Origin: Stegostoma tigrinum | Lineage: Eukaryota | Reading direction: 5' to 3' | Assembly: GCF_030684315.1 (NCBI RefSeq) | Contig: NC_081355.1 | Coordinates: forward strand, 99,682,472 to 99,746,471 | DNA length: 64,000 nt | Part shown: positions 51,121 to 62,384 of the stretch, in pieces | How positions within the stretch are numbered: position 1 is the first letter of the stretch | Layout: each line of letters starts with the position of its first letter | Notes under the pieces: generated by a model | The model's input: the letters and a program-made list of their open reading frames with translations, nothing else | Told to the model about the DNA's origin: nothing | The model's database searches: none | Translations under genes and position numbers: made by a program

Positions 51121-51450
51121 AAATAAAACAAAAGTGTTGTGGACGGTGGAAATCTGAAAGAAAAGCAGAAATTGCTTGCTAAACTCAGCAGGTCTGGCAG
51201 CATCTGTGGAGAGAAAGTGAAGTTAATGTTTCGTGTTAAGTGACCCTTCTTCAGAAATATTATTAGCCAGGAAAAGGCCGTATACATGTGGAAGATAGGA
51301 AGTGGGTTGGTGAAGGAGTTAGACTAGGTGGATATGGAGACCAGAAAGAGAAAGACAGGCAGACAGAATGATTGATAATGGTAAGCACAGGAAAAAGAAA
51401 AGTTGGTAATGGAGACCATAACAAGGTGAAAATGGATTGGAAAACATTTA
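51121..51450 (-). mobile_element. PLE pLTR fragment
   Basis: aaactcagcaggtctggcagcatctgtggagagaaag…ttaatgtttcg…gacccttcttcag; minus strand reads CTGAAGAagggtc…cGAAAcatt. Confidence 0.8.
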
Positions 51451-51489
51451 GAACCTGAACATTTTCCTCTGTGTCTTTTACGCATCTTG

Positions 51490-52230
51490 ACACCCAGACA
51501 CTGCCATGACATGGGGTGCTTTCAACAGAGACCTCCAAATAGTAGCCACATTGTAGGAAAGGATATAAGCCAACAAATAATACATATACAAAGAATGTAG
51601 CAATTTTTATGTGTTACTTTAATCTTCATTGGGTTAATTGAATTGGAAAGGGTAGCTATGACAACGGATTCATACAGTGCATTAGGGATAGTTTTCTGGA
51701 GCAATATTTCATACAGCCCAGCAGGGGGCAAGCTGTCTGGTAATTGGTAATGGGGCAGGTTTAATGAATGACCTCTGAGTAAAGGATCCCCTCCGAAGTA
51801 GTGATCATAACATGACGGAATTTAATATTCAGTTTGAGAGAGACATAAACTTGGTTTGGAAACAACTATAGTTAGCTTAAATAAAATGAATTACAGTAAA
51901 ATGAGTGCAGAGCTAGCTAAAGTAAACTCGGTGGATAAATTAACAGAAAAGATAGCAATCAAGCAATGGCAGACACGTAAGGAGGTCATTCACAACTCTC
52001 AGCAAACCTACATCCCAGTTAAGGAGGAAGGATTCTAAGAGAAGAATAAACCGAAATGACTAACCAAGGATGTTAAGGAGAGTATTAAATTGAAAGAAAA
52101 TGCATATAAAGAGGCAAAGGTCATTGATAGCCTTGGAAACTGAGATAAACTCGGAATCCAGCAAAGGAGGACAAGAAAGACAGAGGAAATAAATCACGAG
52201 GGCAAACTAGTTAGGAATATACAAACTGAC
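51490..52230 (+). mobile_element. Old CR1 endonuclease/linker fragment
   Basis: agtgatcataacatgacggaattt (SDHNMxEF); ttttctggagcaatatatttc-like (FLEQY). Confidence 0.7.
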
Positions 52231-52344
52231 ATTAACAACAAACTTGCTGGATAGGCTGAAAAGGTCTGGCAGCATCTGTGAAGGAAGAAGCAGAGTTAAT
52301 ATTTTGGGTCTGAACTGAGGACCTGAAACGTTTCCTGGAGACAA

Positions 52345-52705
52345 ATGATTCTTAAGTGACTTGACAGGGTAAATGTTGAGAGGATGTTTCCTCATGTGGG
52401 AGAGTCTAGGGCCAGAGGGCGTAGTCTCAGATTATATGGTGCCAATTTAATAGGTGAGAAGGAATTTCTTCTCTCAAAGTATTAAGAGTCTTTGGAACCC
52501 CTTTACACAAAGCACTGTGGAGACAGAGGCCTTGTGTATATTTAAGGCTGAGATAGATAGATTCTTAATAAGTAAAGAAATCAAGGATTACAGGGAAAAC
52601 ACAGGAAAGTGGTTTGAGCAATTTTGGATCAGCCATGATCCTATTGGATGGCAGCGGCTTGACAGGTTGAATGGCCTATTCCTGTTCTTATTTTGTGGTC
52701 TTATA
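52345..52705 (+). mobile_element. CR1 3' end
   Basis: RRNFFSQSIKSLWN…FKAEIDRFLISKEIKDY; gatcagccatgatcctattgga…aatggcctattcctgttctta. Confidence 0.85.
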
Positions 52706-53389
52706 GAATTAAAAGTAAAAATATCTACAAATGCTTTCGGGTTCTGATGCATCATTATAACGCTGTCGCAGAAGTACAAGCATTAAGGGAAAAATAAATT
52801 TTCACAAAATTCTAGACAGAAATAATGGGTTATAGACAGGCAAAACTGTTACAAGGAAAACAATCTCATCAATCACAATGATATTGGGGGATCATACCAT
52901 GTTGCACATATATTCTTAATGGTGACTGACAGCAACTTCAAAGTTACAGTGATGTTTTCAGGAATGACAACTGCATTGTACAATATAAAATCCTATTTCA
53001 AGATCTTCCCACATTCACTGACTTGCATCTCAGCTCTGCGCTTAGTTCTTTCACTGTCAGCACTGACTATAGTTGCTGATCATCAGTGACAGATAGGTAC
53101 CTTCAAAACTTCCTCTGGAGAAACTGCAAACTCATATTTTAACCAGTCTGATTTCTTGCAAAGAGACAACAAATTCTGGTTACCTTTAATAGCATTGTTA
53201 GGATATTTTTTATTCTTCAGTAATATTTCCATTTAACAAGATAAGAATGACACACTAGCGCAGCTAGTACATTCTGTCAATTACATGTTTTATATATCGT
53301 ACAAATCGTAAAAATTGATCACAATATTATGGGCTCTGGCATATGTACTATCAGTTGTGGTCTTCTGTTGTTTTGAGTATCTGACAGCC

Positions 53390-55248
53390 ATAGAAAAGCT
53401 GCAGCAGAGAAAGAGGCATTCAGTCCAATTAACTTATGACTCATTCTAATTCTACTTACCAGTACCTGTTCCATAGCTTTAGAAGTACACTACTTCCGCT
53501 CTGATCCAGGTACCTTACAGATGAATTTAGGTTTTCTGCCTCAACCCACGAACTGGGCAGTGAATTGCAAGCACCCAACAACCTCTCAGTGGGAAGGTTT
53601 CTCCCCTGTGTCCACTCTTATCTTTCTACCAATCATCTTATATCTGTGCTCCAGTAAATAACCTCTCTACTTGGAGAAACATATCTTTCTTGTCCACTGC
53701 ATCCAAGTTGCTCATTATTTTGCATGTCTCACTGTAGTTATCTCTCAGCTACCTGTACTCAACGAAAAGTAATCCTAGCCTATCCAACCTTCCTTCACAC
53801 CTGCAATTTTCAACCCTGGAAACAAAGCCTCGTAAATTTTCTCTGTGCTATCTCCAGACCAACTATGCCCATCCTGCCATGTGGTAACCAGACTGTATAC
53901 AAAACACCAGTTGTGGCCTGAACAATGTCTCAAATAGTTCCAGCATTGCATGTCTGTTTTGTATTCAATATCTTACCCAAAAAAGGGAAAGGGTCCCTTA
54001 CACCTTCTTCACCATCTGACCTGCCACATTCAAATGGCTTGTGTATATCGACTCCAATGTTTCTCACGTCCTCTATGCTTTTCATTATTCCCCTATTTAT
54101 TATGCTTAGCCTTCATTGTTGCTCTCTCCAAATGCACAATTGCGCAGTTTTCCAGATATTTTTTCTCCAAACACTCAACCAAACCACTGATGTCTTCCTG
54201 CAGTTGAAAGCCATACACTTCACTATCAAATATGCAGCTAATTTTAGTATTGTCTGCAAATTTTCCAATCGTACTTCCTTATTTAAGTCCAAGTCATTAG
54301 GTATATCACAAACAGCAAAGGGCTCAACACTAAGTTCTGTGGAGCACCACTGAAAAATGTTTTCTATTCACAAAACATCCTTTGGCCATTACCCTCTGCA
54401 ACCCATGGCTTCAATTCTTCTGACCAGGCTACTATGTGTCTTGTCAAACTTTTTCTAAAATCCATGTCAGTAGCATCTGTTGTGTTACGCTCATCAATCT
54501 TTCTTCTTACTTCCTTAAAAAGATACAATCAAGTTAGTGAGACACAATCCTCCCTTAACAAACCCTTGCAACAAATCCTTGCTAACTACCCCTGATCAAT
54601 AGGCGTCTTTCTAAGTAACAGGTGATTCTGTCTCTCAATATCGATCTGACTAATTTGCCCAGGATATAAGTCATACTGGTAGGATTATAGCTATATGCCT
54701 TAGGCCTCATGCCTTTTTGAATAATAAAATAATATCACAAGCCTCTAATCATCTTGCACGTCATCTGTATCTAATGAGGATTGGAAAATGAGAATCTATT
54801 GATTCCTCTTTGCCCTCCTTTAACAGTGGAGGTGGGTATAATTACAACATTTAAAAGACATCTGGATGTGTGCATGAAAGGAAGGGTTGAGAGGGATAGA
54901 GCCAAATGCTGGCAAATGGGATGAGAGATAATGGGAACTGCAGATACTGGAGAATCCAGTATAACAGTGTGAAGCTGGATGAACTCAGCAGGCCAAGCAG
55001 CATCTCAGGAGCACAAAAGCTGACGTTTCGGGCCTAGACCCTCTGCAATTCCTCTTGTCCTGTTGATTCATCTGCCATTAAAATGGTTACCTCCAGTATT
55101 GCTCTTCTAATTATGCATATTCTATCTAATATTTCAGACTCCTTCCCTTTGTTTGCATCATCACTTTTCCTTGTGAAGACAAAGTCCTCATCGAGGCACC
55201 TGTCTACATATTCTACACATAAGCATAAATTGCCATTTAGGTCTCTGG
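53390..55248 (-). mobile_element. Old CR1 LINE (RT to 3' end)
   Basis: aattttagtattgtctgcaaa gives FADNTKI; tcaaactttttctaaaatccat is MDFxKxFD-like; aatcaagttagtgagaca gives CLTNLI. Confidence 0.8.
54824..55042. repeat. 219-bp direct duplicate of 55347-55565 inserted into old CR1
   Basis: Same length, about 7 mismatches by hand count; includes the CR1/PLE junction ggcaaatgggat|gagagataatggg. Confidence 0.95.
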
Positions 55249-55250
55249 TA

Positions 55251-55445
55251 GAGTCATAGTCATAGACTCAGACCGCACTGAATCAGACCCTTTGGTCCAA
55301 CTCAACTGCAGGGTGGCGCGTTTCTAGAATGAGCTACCAGAGGAACCAGTGGAGGTGGGTATAATTACAACATTTAAAAGATATCTGGATGTGTGCATGA
55401 AAGGAAGGGTTTAGAGGGACATAGCCAAATGCTGGCAAATGGGAT
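55251..55445 (-). mobile_element. Short CR1 (HER1-like) insertion with 5' inversion
   Basis: 55251-55304 is the CR1 3' terminus on the minus strand; 55309-55445 is the upstream CR1 segment on the plus strand (compare 11241-11450). Confidence 0.75.
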
Positions 55446-55540
55446 GAGAGATAATGGGAACTGCAGATGCTGGAGAATCCAGGATAACAGTGTGAAGCTG
55501 GATGAACACAGCAGGCCAAGCAGCATCTCAGGAGCACAAA

Positions 55541-55576
55541 AGCTGACGTTTCGGGCCTAGACCCTTCATTAGAGAG
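55541..55576 (-). ncRNA. Minimal hammerhead ribozyme motif, core mutated (CUAAUGA)
   Basis: Minus strand: ctct CTAATGA a gggt ctag gccc GAAA cgtc agct. Confidence 0.7.
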
Positions 55577-57116
55577 GGGGATGGGGAGAGGGTTCTGGAA
55601 TAAATAGGGACAGAGGGGGAGGCGGATCGAAGATGGAGAGAAAAGAAGTTAGGTGCAGAGGACAGTATAGGTGGGGAGGTGGGGAGGGGATAGGTCAGTC
55701 CAGGGAAAATGGACAGGTCAAGGAGGCGGGATGAGGTAGTAGGTAGGAAATGGAGGTGCGGCTTGAGGTGGGAGGAAGGGATGAGTGAGAGGAAGAACAG
55801 GTTAGGGAAGCAGAGACAGGCTGGGCTGGTTTTGAGATGCAGTGGGGGGAGGGGACGAGCTGGGCTGGTTTTGTGACGCAGTGGGGGGAGGGGAAGAACT
55901 GGGCTGGTTTTGGGATGCAGTGGGAGAAGGGGAGATTTTGAAGCTGGTGAAGTCCACATTGATACCATTGGGCTGCAGGGTTCCCAAGCAGAATATGAGT
56001 TGCTAATCTTGCAACCTTCGGGTGGCATCATTGTGGCACTGCAGGAGGCCCACGATGGACATGTCGTCTGAGGAATGGGAGGGGGAGTTAAAATGGTTCA
56101 TGACTGGGAGGTGCAGTTGTTTGTTGCGAACCAAGCTGAGGTGTTCTGCAAAGCGGTCCCCAAGCCTCCGCTTGGTTTCCCCAATGTAGAGGAAGCCACA
56201 CCGGGTACAATGGATACAATATACCACATTGACAGATGTGCAGGTGAACATCTGCTTGATATGGAAGGTCATCTTGTTGCCTGGGATGGGGGTGAGGGAG
56301 GAGGTGTGGGAGCAAGTGTAGCACTTCCTGCAGTTGCAGGGGAAGGTGCCCGGTGTGGTGGGGTTGGAGGGAAGTGTGGAGCAGACAAGGGAGTCGCAGA
56401 GACAGTGGTCTCTCCGGAAGGCAGACAAGGGTGGGGATGGAAAATAGCTTGGGTGGTGGGGTCGGATTGTACATGGCGGAAGTGTCGGAGGATGATACGT
56501 TGTATCCACAGGCTGGTGGGGTGGTATGTGAGAACAAGGGGCGGTTGTGGCGGGGGCAGGGTGTGAGGGATGTGTTGCGGAAAATGCAGGAGACGCAGTC
56601 AAGGGCGTTCTCAACCACTGCGGGGGGGAAAGTTGTGGTCCTTGAAGAATGTGGACATCTGGGATGTGCGGGAGTGAAATGCCTCATCCTGGGAGCAGAT
56701 GAGGCGGAGGCGGAGGAATTGGGAATAGAGGGGTATGGAATTTTGGCAGGAGGGTGGGTGGGAGGAGATGTATTCTAGGTAGCTGTGGGAGTCAGTGGGC
56801 TTGAAATGGACATCAGTTGCTAGCTCAGCCCAGCTCGTCCCCTCCCCCCACTCATCCCAAAACCAGCCCAGCCTGTCTCTGCTTCCCTAACCTGTTCTTC
56901 CTCTCACCCATTCCTTCCTCCCACCTCAAGCCGCACCTCCATTTCCTACCTACCACCCCATCCCACCTCCTTGACCTGTCCATCTTCGCTGGACTGACCT
57001 ATCCCCTCTCTACCTCCTCACCTATACTCTCCTCTCCACCTATCTTCTTTTCTCTCCATCTTCAGTCCACCTCCCACTTCTCTCCCTATTTATTCCAGTT
57101 CCCTCTCCCCATCCCC

Positions 57117-57152
57117 CTCTCTGATGAAAGGTCTAGGCCCGAAATGTCAGCT
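57117..57152 (+). ncRNA. Minimal hammerhead ribozyme motif
   Basis: ctct CTGATGA a aggt ctag gccc GAAA tgtc agct. Confidence 0.7.
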
Positions 57153-59339
57153 TTTGTGCTCCTGAGATGCTGCTTGGCCTGCTGTGTTCATCCAGCTCTA
57201 CACTTTGTTATCTTGGATTCTCCAGCATCTGCAGTTCCCATTGTCACAAAAGCAAATATTGCGTTTGATTACATTAGTACGGGGTAGATTTTGTGCATTT
57301 TTTTCTGAATGTATTAATCAATTGTGAGAAAAGCTGTTCACAATTCCTCATAGGATATAGGGCATGTGAAGTCAATATGTCACGTGGGATTAGAAGATAA
57401 ATGTTATGAAAGGAAAGCGTATGGGGAAATTAACATTGCTACACACGTTTCAGTTAAAGCTTCAGTTACCAGTCAGATTAGTGCATGGAGTTTTCATAAC
57501 CTCATCAAAGGCTGGATTATATTGTTTTTGAGAGGCTACAGAGGTAATATTGAAGATTATTCTGGGTGTCTAAAATCTAGGCTATAAAGAAAGCTGAATA
57601 AAGTTAGACTTTTTGAGCAAAGAAGGACTTAGCAATTGTTTAGCTGAATACTTAATTGGTTTATAAAACTTGCTGTAGCAATTGAAACATGTTCATCCAA
57701 ATGGTAAAACAGTTAACAGTGGTGACTTCGGCATGATCATAAATTGGTCCAAGTGAGAATTAGAATGAAGAGGGATTAACAGACTTGTTGAAAATCAAAT
57801 GATCAAGCTGAACTATAAAAAAGACAGCGACATTGTGCATGTTCTTGAATTTATAAAACATAATAAGTTTAAATTAAAGGGAATGTGGTGGAAAGGAGGT
57901 GGCTGACAATGAAAACAAAGATTGGTGTCATGCATGCTGGTCAATGTCTCAATACACTGATCTCCCATGTATGAATCATCAGCTCACATCTATTGAAGCT
58001 CCACATCACTTGCAGAATCTTGCAAATTTTACACTGAAACATAATCATTCATTATTTAGAATTTCTATTTATACTATACATGTCTTATTCAGCAGTTTGA
58101 AACAATGCTTGTATATACTGTAATGCTTGGTAAAAGTAAATATGTTCAGTCTGCAAAATTCATCACCTCAAATATTTCAAATATCTTGGGTTTCAATCCA
58201 CATTTTAATTGATTTCCAACACCTTTTTGGAGCTATAACATTTCCAGACAGGAAACTGCCTGGGAGAGGAGTTCAGCTGACATTAGACACTGGTTTAATC
58301 AATTGATCATCTTGTTGAAGCATGAAGGTTTGGCGTTCTTCTCATTTCTAATTCCAAACTGGAGCCATCACTATCTGAAAATGCCATAACAGTTGATTTG
58401 TGCATTTGCCTCTACTGATTTCTGAGATGACTAGCAGCTTTCTTCATTGTCTAAGAACAATAGAAACATTGACTCGTACTGATTCTGCAATGTCAGTAAT
58501 TGAGCAAAGTATGAATTAAAATCGTGGAGTTACCTTTTCTGCAAAGACTGAAAAATTCATGTGCAGCATTTGTAAAAGGAGCAGTAAAGAAATGTATGAA
58601 TGTATTTTTCATAGAATAGAGCATTGCCAATATTTAACATTCTTAAACATTTTCTTCTTTTAGTCACCTCCTTGTATTGCTTTCCTTTCTGTGAACTTGA
58701 GCCTGTTGTGTAAGTGCTATGTTGGACTGACGTGGATAGGGTCAGAAATCACATGACACTAGTCCAACAGGTTCATTTGAAAACACAAGCTTTCAGAGTC
58801 TTAGTCCTTGTTCAGGAGTTAGTGAGAGAGGTTGTATCCTTCAGGTAGTAGCCTTCAGGACAACATCAACCACAACACTATACCATCCTGTCATGGCAAC
58901 CTCCGCAAGACATGTGAGATCATCGCCATGAACACTACCATCACATGTGGAAACACCGCCCACCACGTACACGGCAGATCCTCATGTGATTCATCCAATG
59001 TTGTCTGTCTCATACACTGCAGGCAAGAATGTCCCAAGGCATGATACATTAGCAAAACCATGCAGATGCTATGACAACAGATGAATGGACACGACACAAC
59101 ATTCGCCAGACTGGAATGTTCCCTCCCAGTGGGGGAGCACTTCAGCTGTCAAGGACATTTGGCCTTGGATCTTCGGGTAAACGTCTTTCAAAATGGACTT
59201 TGGGATAAAAAACAATGCAGAGTCACTGAGCAGAGGCTAATCGCCAAGTTCGGTACCTGTGAAGACGGCCTCAACCGGGACCTTGGGTTTGTGTCACACT
59301 ACATGTGATACACCACACCTATCCACTCTCACACATGAA

Positions 59340-59340
59340 T

Positions 59341-59382
<42 letters not shown>

Positions 59383-59474
59383 CCTCTCTCAGACACATAC
59401 TGTCTTTCTAACACAGATCCTCTCTCATACATACACTTTCTCTTCCTCCACACACACACACTCTCTCTCTCTCC

Positions 59475-59512
<38 letters not shown>

Positions 59513-60425
59513 CTGTCACATACCCTCTCTCAGATACATACTGTCTTTCTCACACAGATCCTCTCTCATACACACACTTTCTCTTCCCCCCCCAACACAC
59601 ACACTCTCTCTCCCCCACACACACACACAGACACACACACTCACACAAACACATGCTCTCTCTCTCNNNNNNNNNNNNNNNNNNNNNNNNNNNNNNNNNN
59701 NNNNNNNNNNNNNNNNNNNNNNNNNNNNNNNNNNNNNNNNNNNNNNNNNNNNNNNNNNNNNNNNNNNNNNNNNNNNNNNNNNNNNNNNNNNNNNNNNNNN
59801 NNNNNNNNNNNNNNNNNNNNNNNNNNNNNNNNNNNNNNNNNNNNNNNNNNNNNNNNNNNNNNNNNNNNNNNNNNNNNNNNNNNNNNNNNNNNNNNNNNNN
59901 NNNNNNNNNNNNNNNNNNNNNNNNNNNNNNNNNNNNNNNNNNNNNNNNNNNNNNNNNNNNNNNNNNNNNNNNNNNNNNNNNNNNNNNNNNNNNNNNNNNN
60001 NNNNNNNNNNNNNNNNNNNNNNNNNNNNNNNNNNNNNNNNNNNNNNNNNNNNNNNNNNNNNNNNNNNNNNNNNNNNNNNNNNNNNNNNNNNNNNNNNNNN
60101 NNNNNNNNNNNNNNNNNNNNNNNNNNNNNNNNNNNNNNNNNNNNNNNNNNNNNNNNNNNNNNNNNNNNNNNNNNNNNNNNNNNNNNNNNNNNNNNNNNNN
60201 NNNNNNNNNNNNNNNNNNNNNNNNNNNNNNNNNNNNNNNNNNNNNNNNNNNNNNNNNNNNNNNNNNNNNCTCTCTCGCACACACTCACTCTCTCTCTCTC
60301 TCTCCCACACACTCACACTCTCTCTCTCTCACACACACTCTCACCCCCCCCCCACACACAGACACACACATACTTTCTCTCCCACATACAAACCACACAC
60401 ACACACACACACACAAACACACACT
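59340..60425. repeat. (CA)n/(CT)n low-complexity array with a ~142-bp higher-order unit, spanning the gap
   Basis: ataccctctctcaga.acatactgtcttt…cacagatcctctctcatac occurs at about 59379 and 59520. Confidence 0.9.
59667..60269. other. Assembly gap (603 N)
   Basis: Run of N. Confidence 1.
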
Positions 60426-61932
60426 CAATCTATGAAGTGAATTTATATATGCAGATACATTCTATTTGGTTCAAAAAGCACACAATCTATACACAGTCAG
60501 TCAATCTGGTCTTTTATACATTCCTACTTTAGAAATGAAGCCAGTCTGACTCCAAACTAAACCACAAACAGATTCTACACAATGTCTCACACACAACAGC
60601 CATTGTCTGACCTAAAATGTTACCTCCTCTTTACTCTGATAAAACCTTTACTTCTCTCAGGACAGTGACTTGAAAGGAATTCAGGGATTTTCATATACAT
60701 ATTAATCATTAAAACCTCCTAACTGATTGAAGATTTAACAGCATATTAGATTTATTTACTACATCCTCATCAATGGTGTAACCCTTTGACTTTTTACATC
60801 TAAATTCTGTATCTAATACTACCTTTTGCACTAACACCTGACAAAGGAATAAGGCTCTGGAAGCTTGAGTTTTCAAATAAACCTGTTAGACTATAGCCTG
60901 GTATCATATAATTTCTTATTTGAGCCTGTACTGCTTTCCTGCTGACAAATCCAAACTCGAAACATTGCCGAATTGCAGACAATGTCTCTATGTGTATTCA
61001 GTATTCTTACCACGAATCTTGCTATCCTGTTAACTTGAATCCCAGTTCATGAGATTGCAAGGAACCCAATACAAATATAAGTTCCTTCTTACAGAGCATT
61101 GTATCATCCTCTTCTATAATCAATGAATATAATCACCAGACTGATGTGAAAATGGACACTTCTACCGTCATGTGCCACAAGAATATTATTGGGACATTGG
61201 CTAGCAGTGAAAACTGGTTCAATTACTCTACAAATATTGCCCTCTGTAAGGTGTGGACTAGTGACCAGTTATCAATAACTGAGACAATTTTTGTCTGCCA
61301 ACAACGATGCAATTGGTACTTAGGTAACCGAAAAGCCTCGGGCTGGGAATAAGTTACAGAGGCAAGTGTTTAGGAAGCCCCCAACTCAGGAGGAATCGCT
61401 ATTGTCTGCAGACAAAACTTACTGCAAATCTGAAGAAAACTATTTTATATTTCTTGCAACATTTGTTGTAAGCTGTGACTTTTAACTAATAAATGACAGA
61501 TCTTTTATAAATATCCAAAACACCTTGTATCTCTCTTCAACCAGTGGAAGAAATTGGAGAAAAACAACTGAAGAAAAGTAGTGGCCAGCAGAAAAGCCAG
61601 AAGGATCAGCTTAGTGGCAGTATTAGGGAACAAAGACTGCTGAACTGTCTTTCCAGTCTCTTCCCTCTGAGTATAACCTATTTTACCCGGCTTGTCTGTC
61701 TGGGTTTATGTAAGGGGTAGTTTACAGGTTTTTGGAGGTTTAATTAATACTATTAAATGCTGACTGTTTATAACTATGTGCATGTAGCTGCAGACTAATT
61801 TCTTTTTATGCAGTAATTCTTGTTCAGTACAGAAATGTGGTCTGTGTTTTCTATCAATCTGGTATGAAAGACAGATAAGTTGGATACTTTCTAGAAACTT
61901 AAACTTTTGTGATGACTTTGGGTATAGTGGGA

Positions 61933-62163
61933 ACAGAAACAAAGTTGCTGGAAAAGCTCAGCAGGTCTGGCAGCATCTGTGGAGGAGAAAACAAAGTTAA
62001 CGTTTTGGGTCCGGTGACTCTTCCTCAGTTCTAAGGAATGGTCACTGGATCTGAAATGTTAACTCTGTTTTCTCCTTCACAGATGCTGCCAGACCTACTG
62101 AGCTTTTCCAGCAACTTTGTTTTTGTTCCTGATTTACAGCATCTGCAGTTCTTTTGGTTTTTA
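61933..62163. mobile_element. Miniature palindromic PLE-terminus insertion with two back-to-back hammerhead motifs and 15-bp TSD
   Basis: Arms 61930-62028 and 62031-62129; tail 62130-62163; ttgggtatagtggga at 61918-61932 and 62164-62178. Confidence 0.93.
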
Positions 62164-62384
62164 TTGGGTATAGTGGGACTTGATTTCCATCAAGCTATCT
62201 ATCTGTGAGCTGTCAGGTGCCCTCAGGAGGAAATCCATGATTCAAAACTGCATTATTTGCTTCCAATAGCACCACTAATACCTTGGGTGAAAAAAAAATG
62301 TGCCCTCGATAAATGTGTGTGCAGTCACAAGAAAACGTAAGCAGAACACAGATTAGGAAAACGACAAAATCATGTTCCCGATCT

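Larger units (their letters stand above)
55446..57247 (-). mobile_element. Young Neptune-type PLE: minus arm 55446-56825 (GIY-YIG, part of RT) plus inverted 3' arm 56826-57247
   Basis: ORF 56003..56614 (-) NVVYCIHCTRCGFLYIGETKRRLGDRFAEH; both ends carry the pLTR and tail. Confidence 0.95.
58720..60922 (+). mobile_element. PLE of a further family: inverted pLTR (58720-58815), GIY-YIG remnant (about 58850-59305), CA/CT-rich 3' region, pLTR end
   Basis: SCDSSNVVCLIHCRQECP…RMNGH…LPVGEHFS…EQRLIAKFGTCEDGLNRDLGF; right end cctgacaaaggaataaggctctggaagctt…aataaacctgttagactata is inverted relative to the left end. Confidence 0.85.

Noticed and set aside
53925-54353. 142-aa plus ORF
   Set aside because: Antisense to a decayed CR1 RT.
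59305-60435. Long ORFs of 223-376 aa
   Set aside because: Artefacts of translating microsatellite sequence and the N gap.
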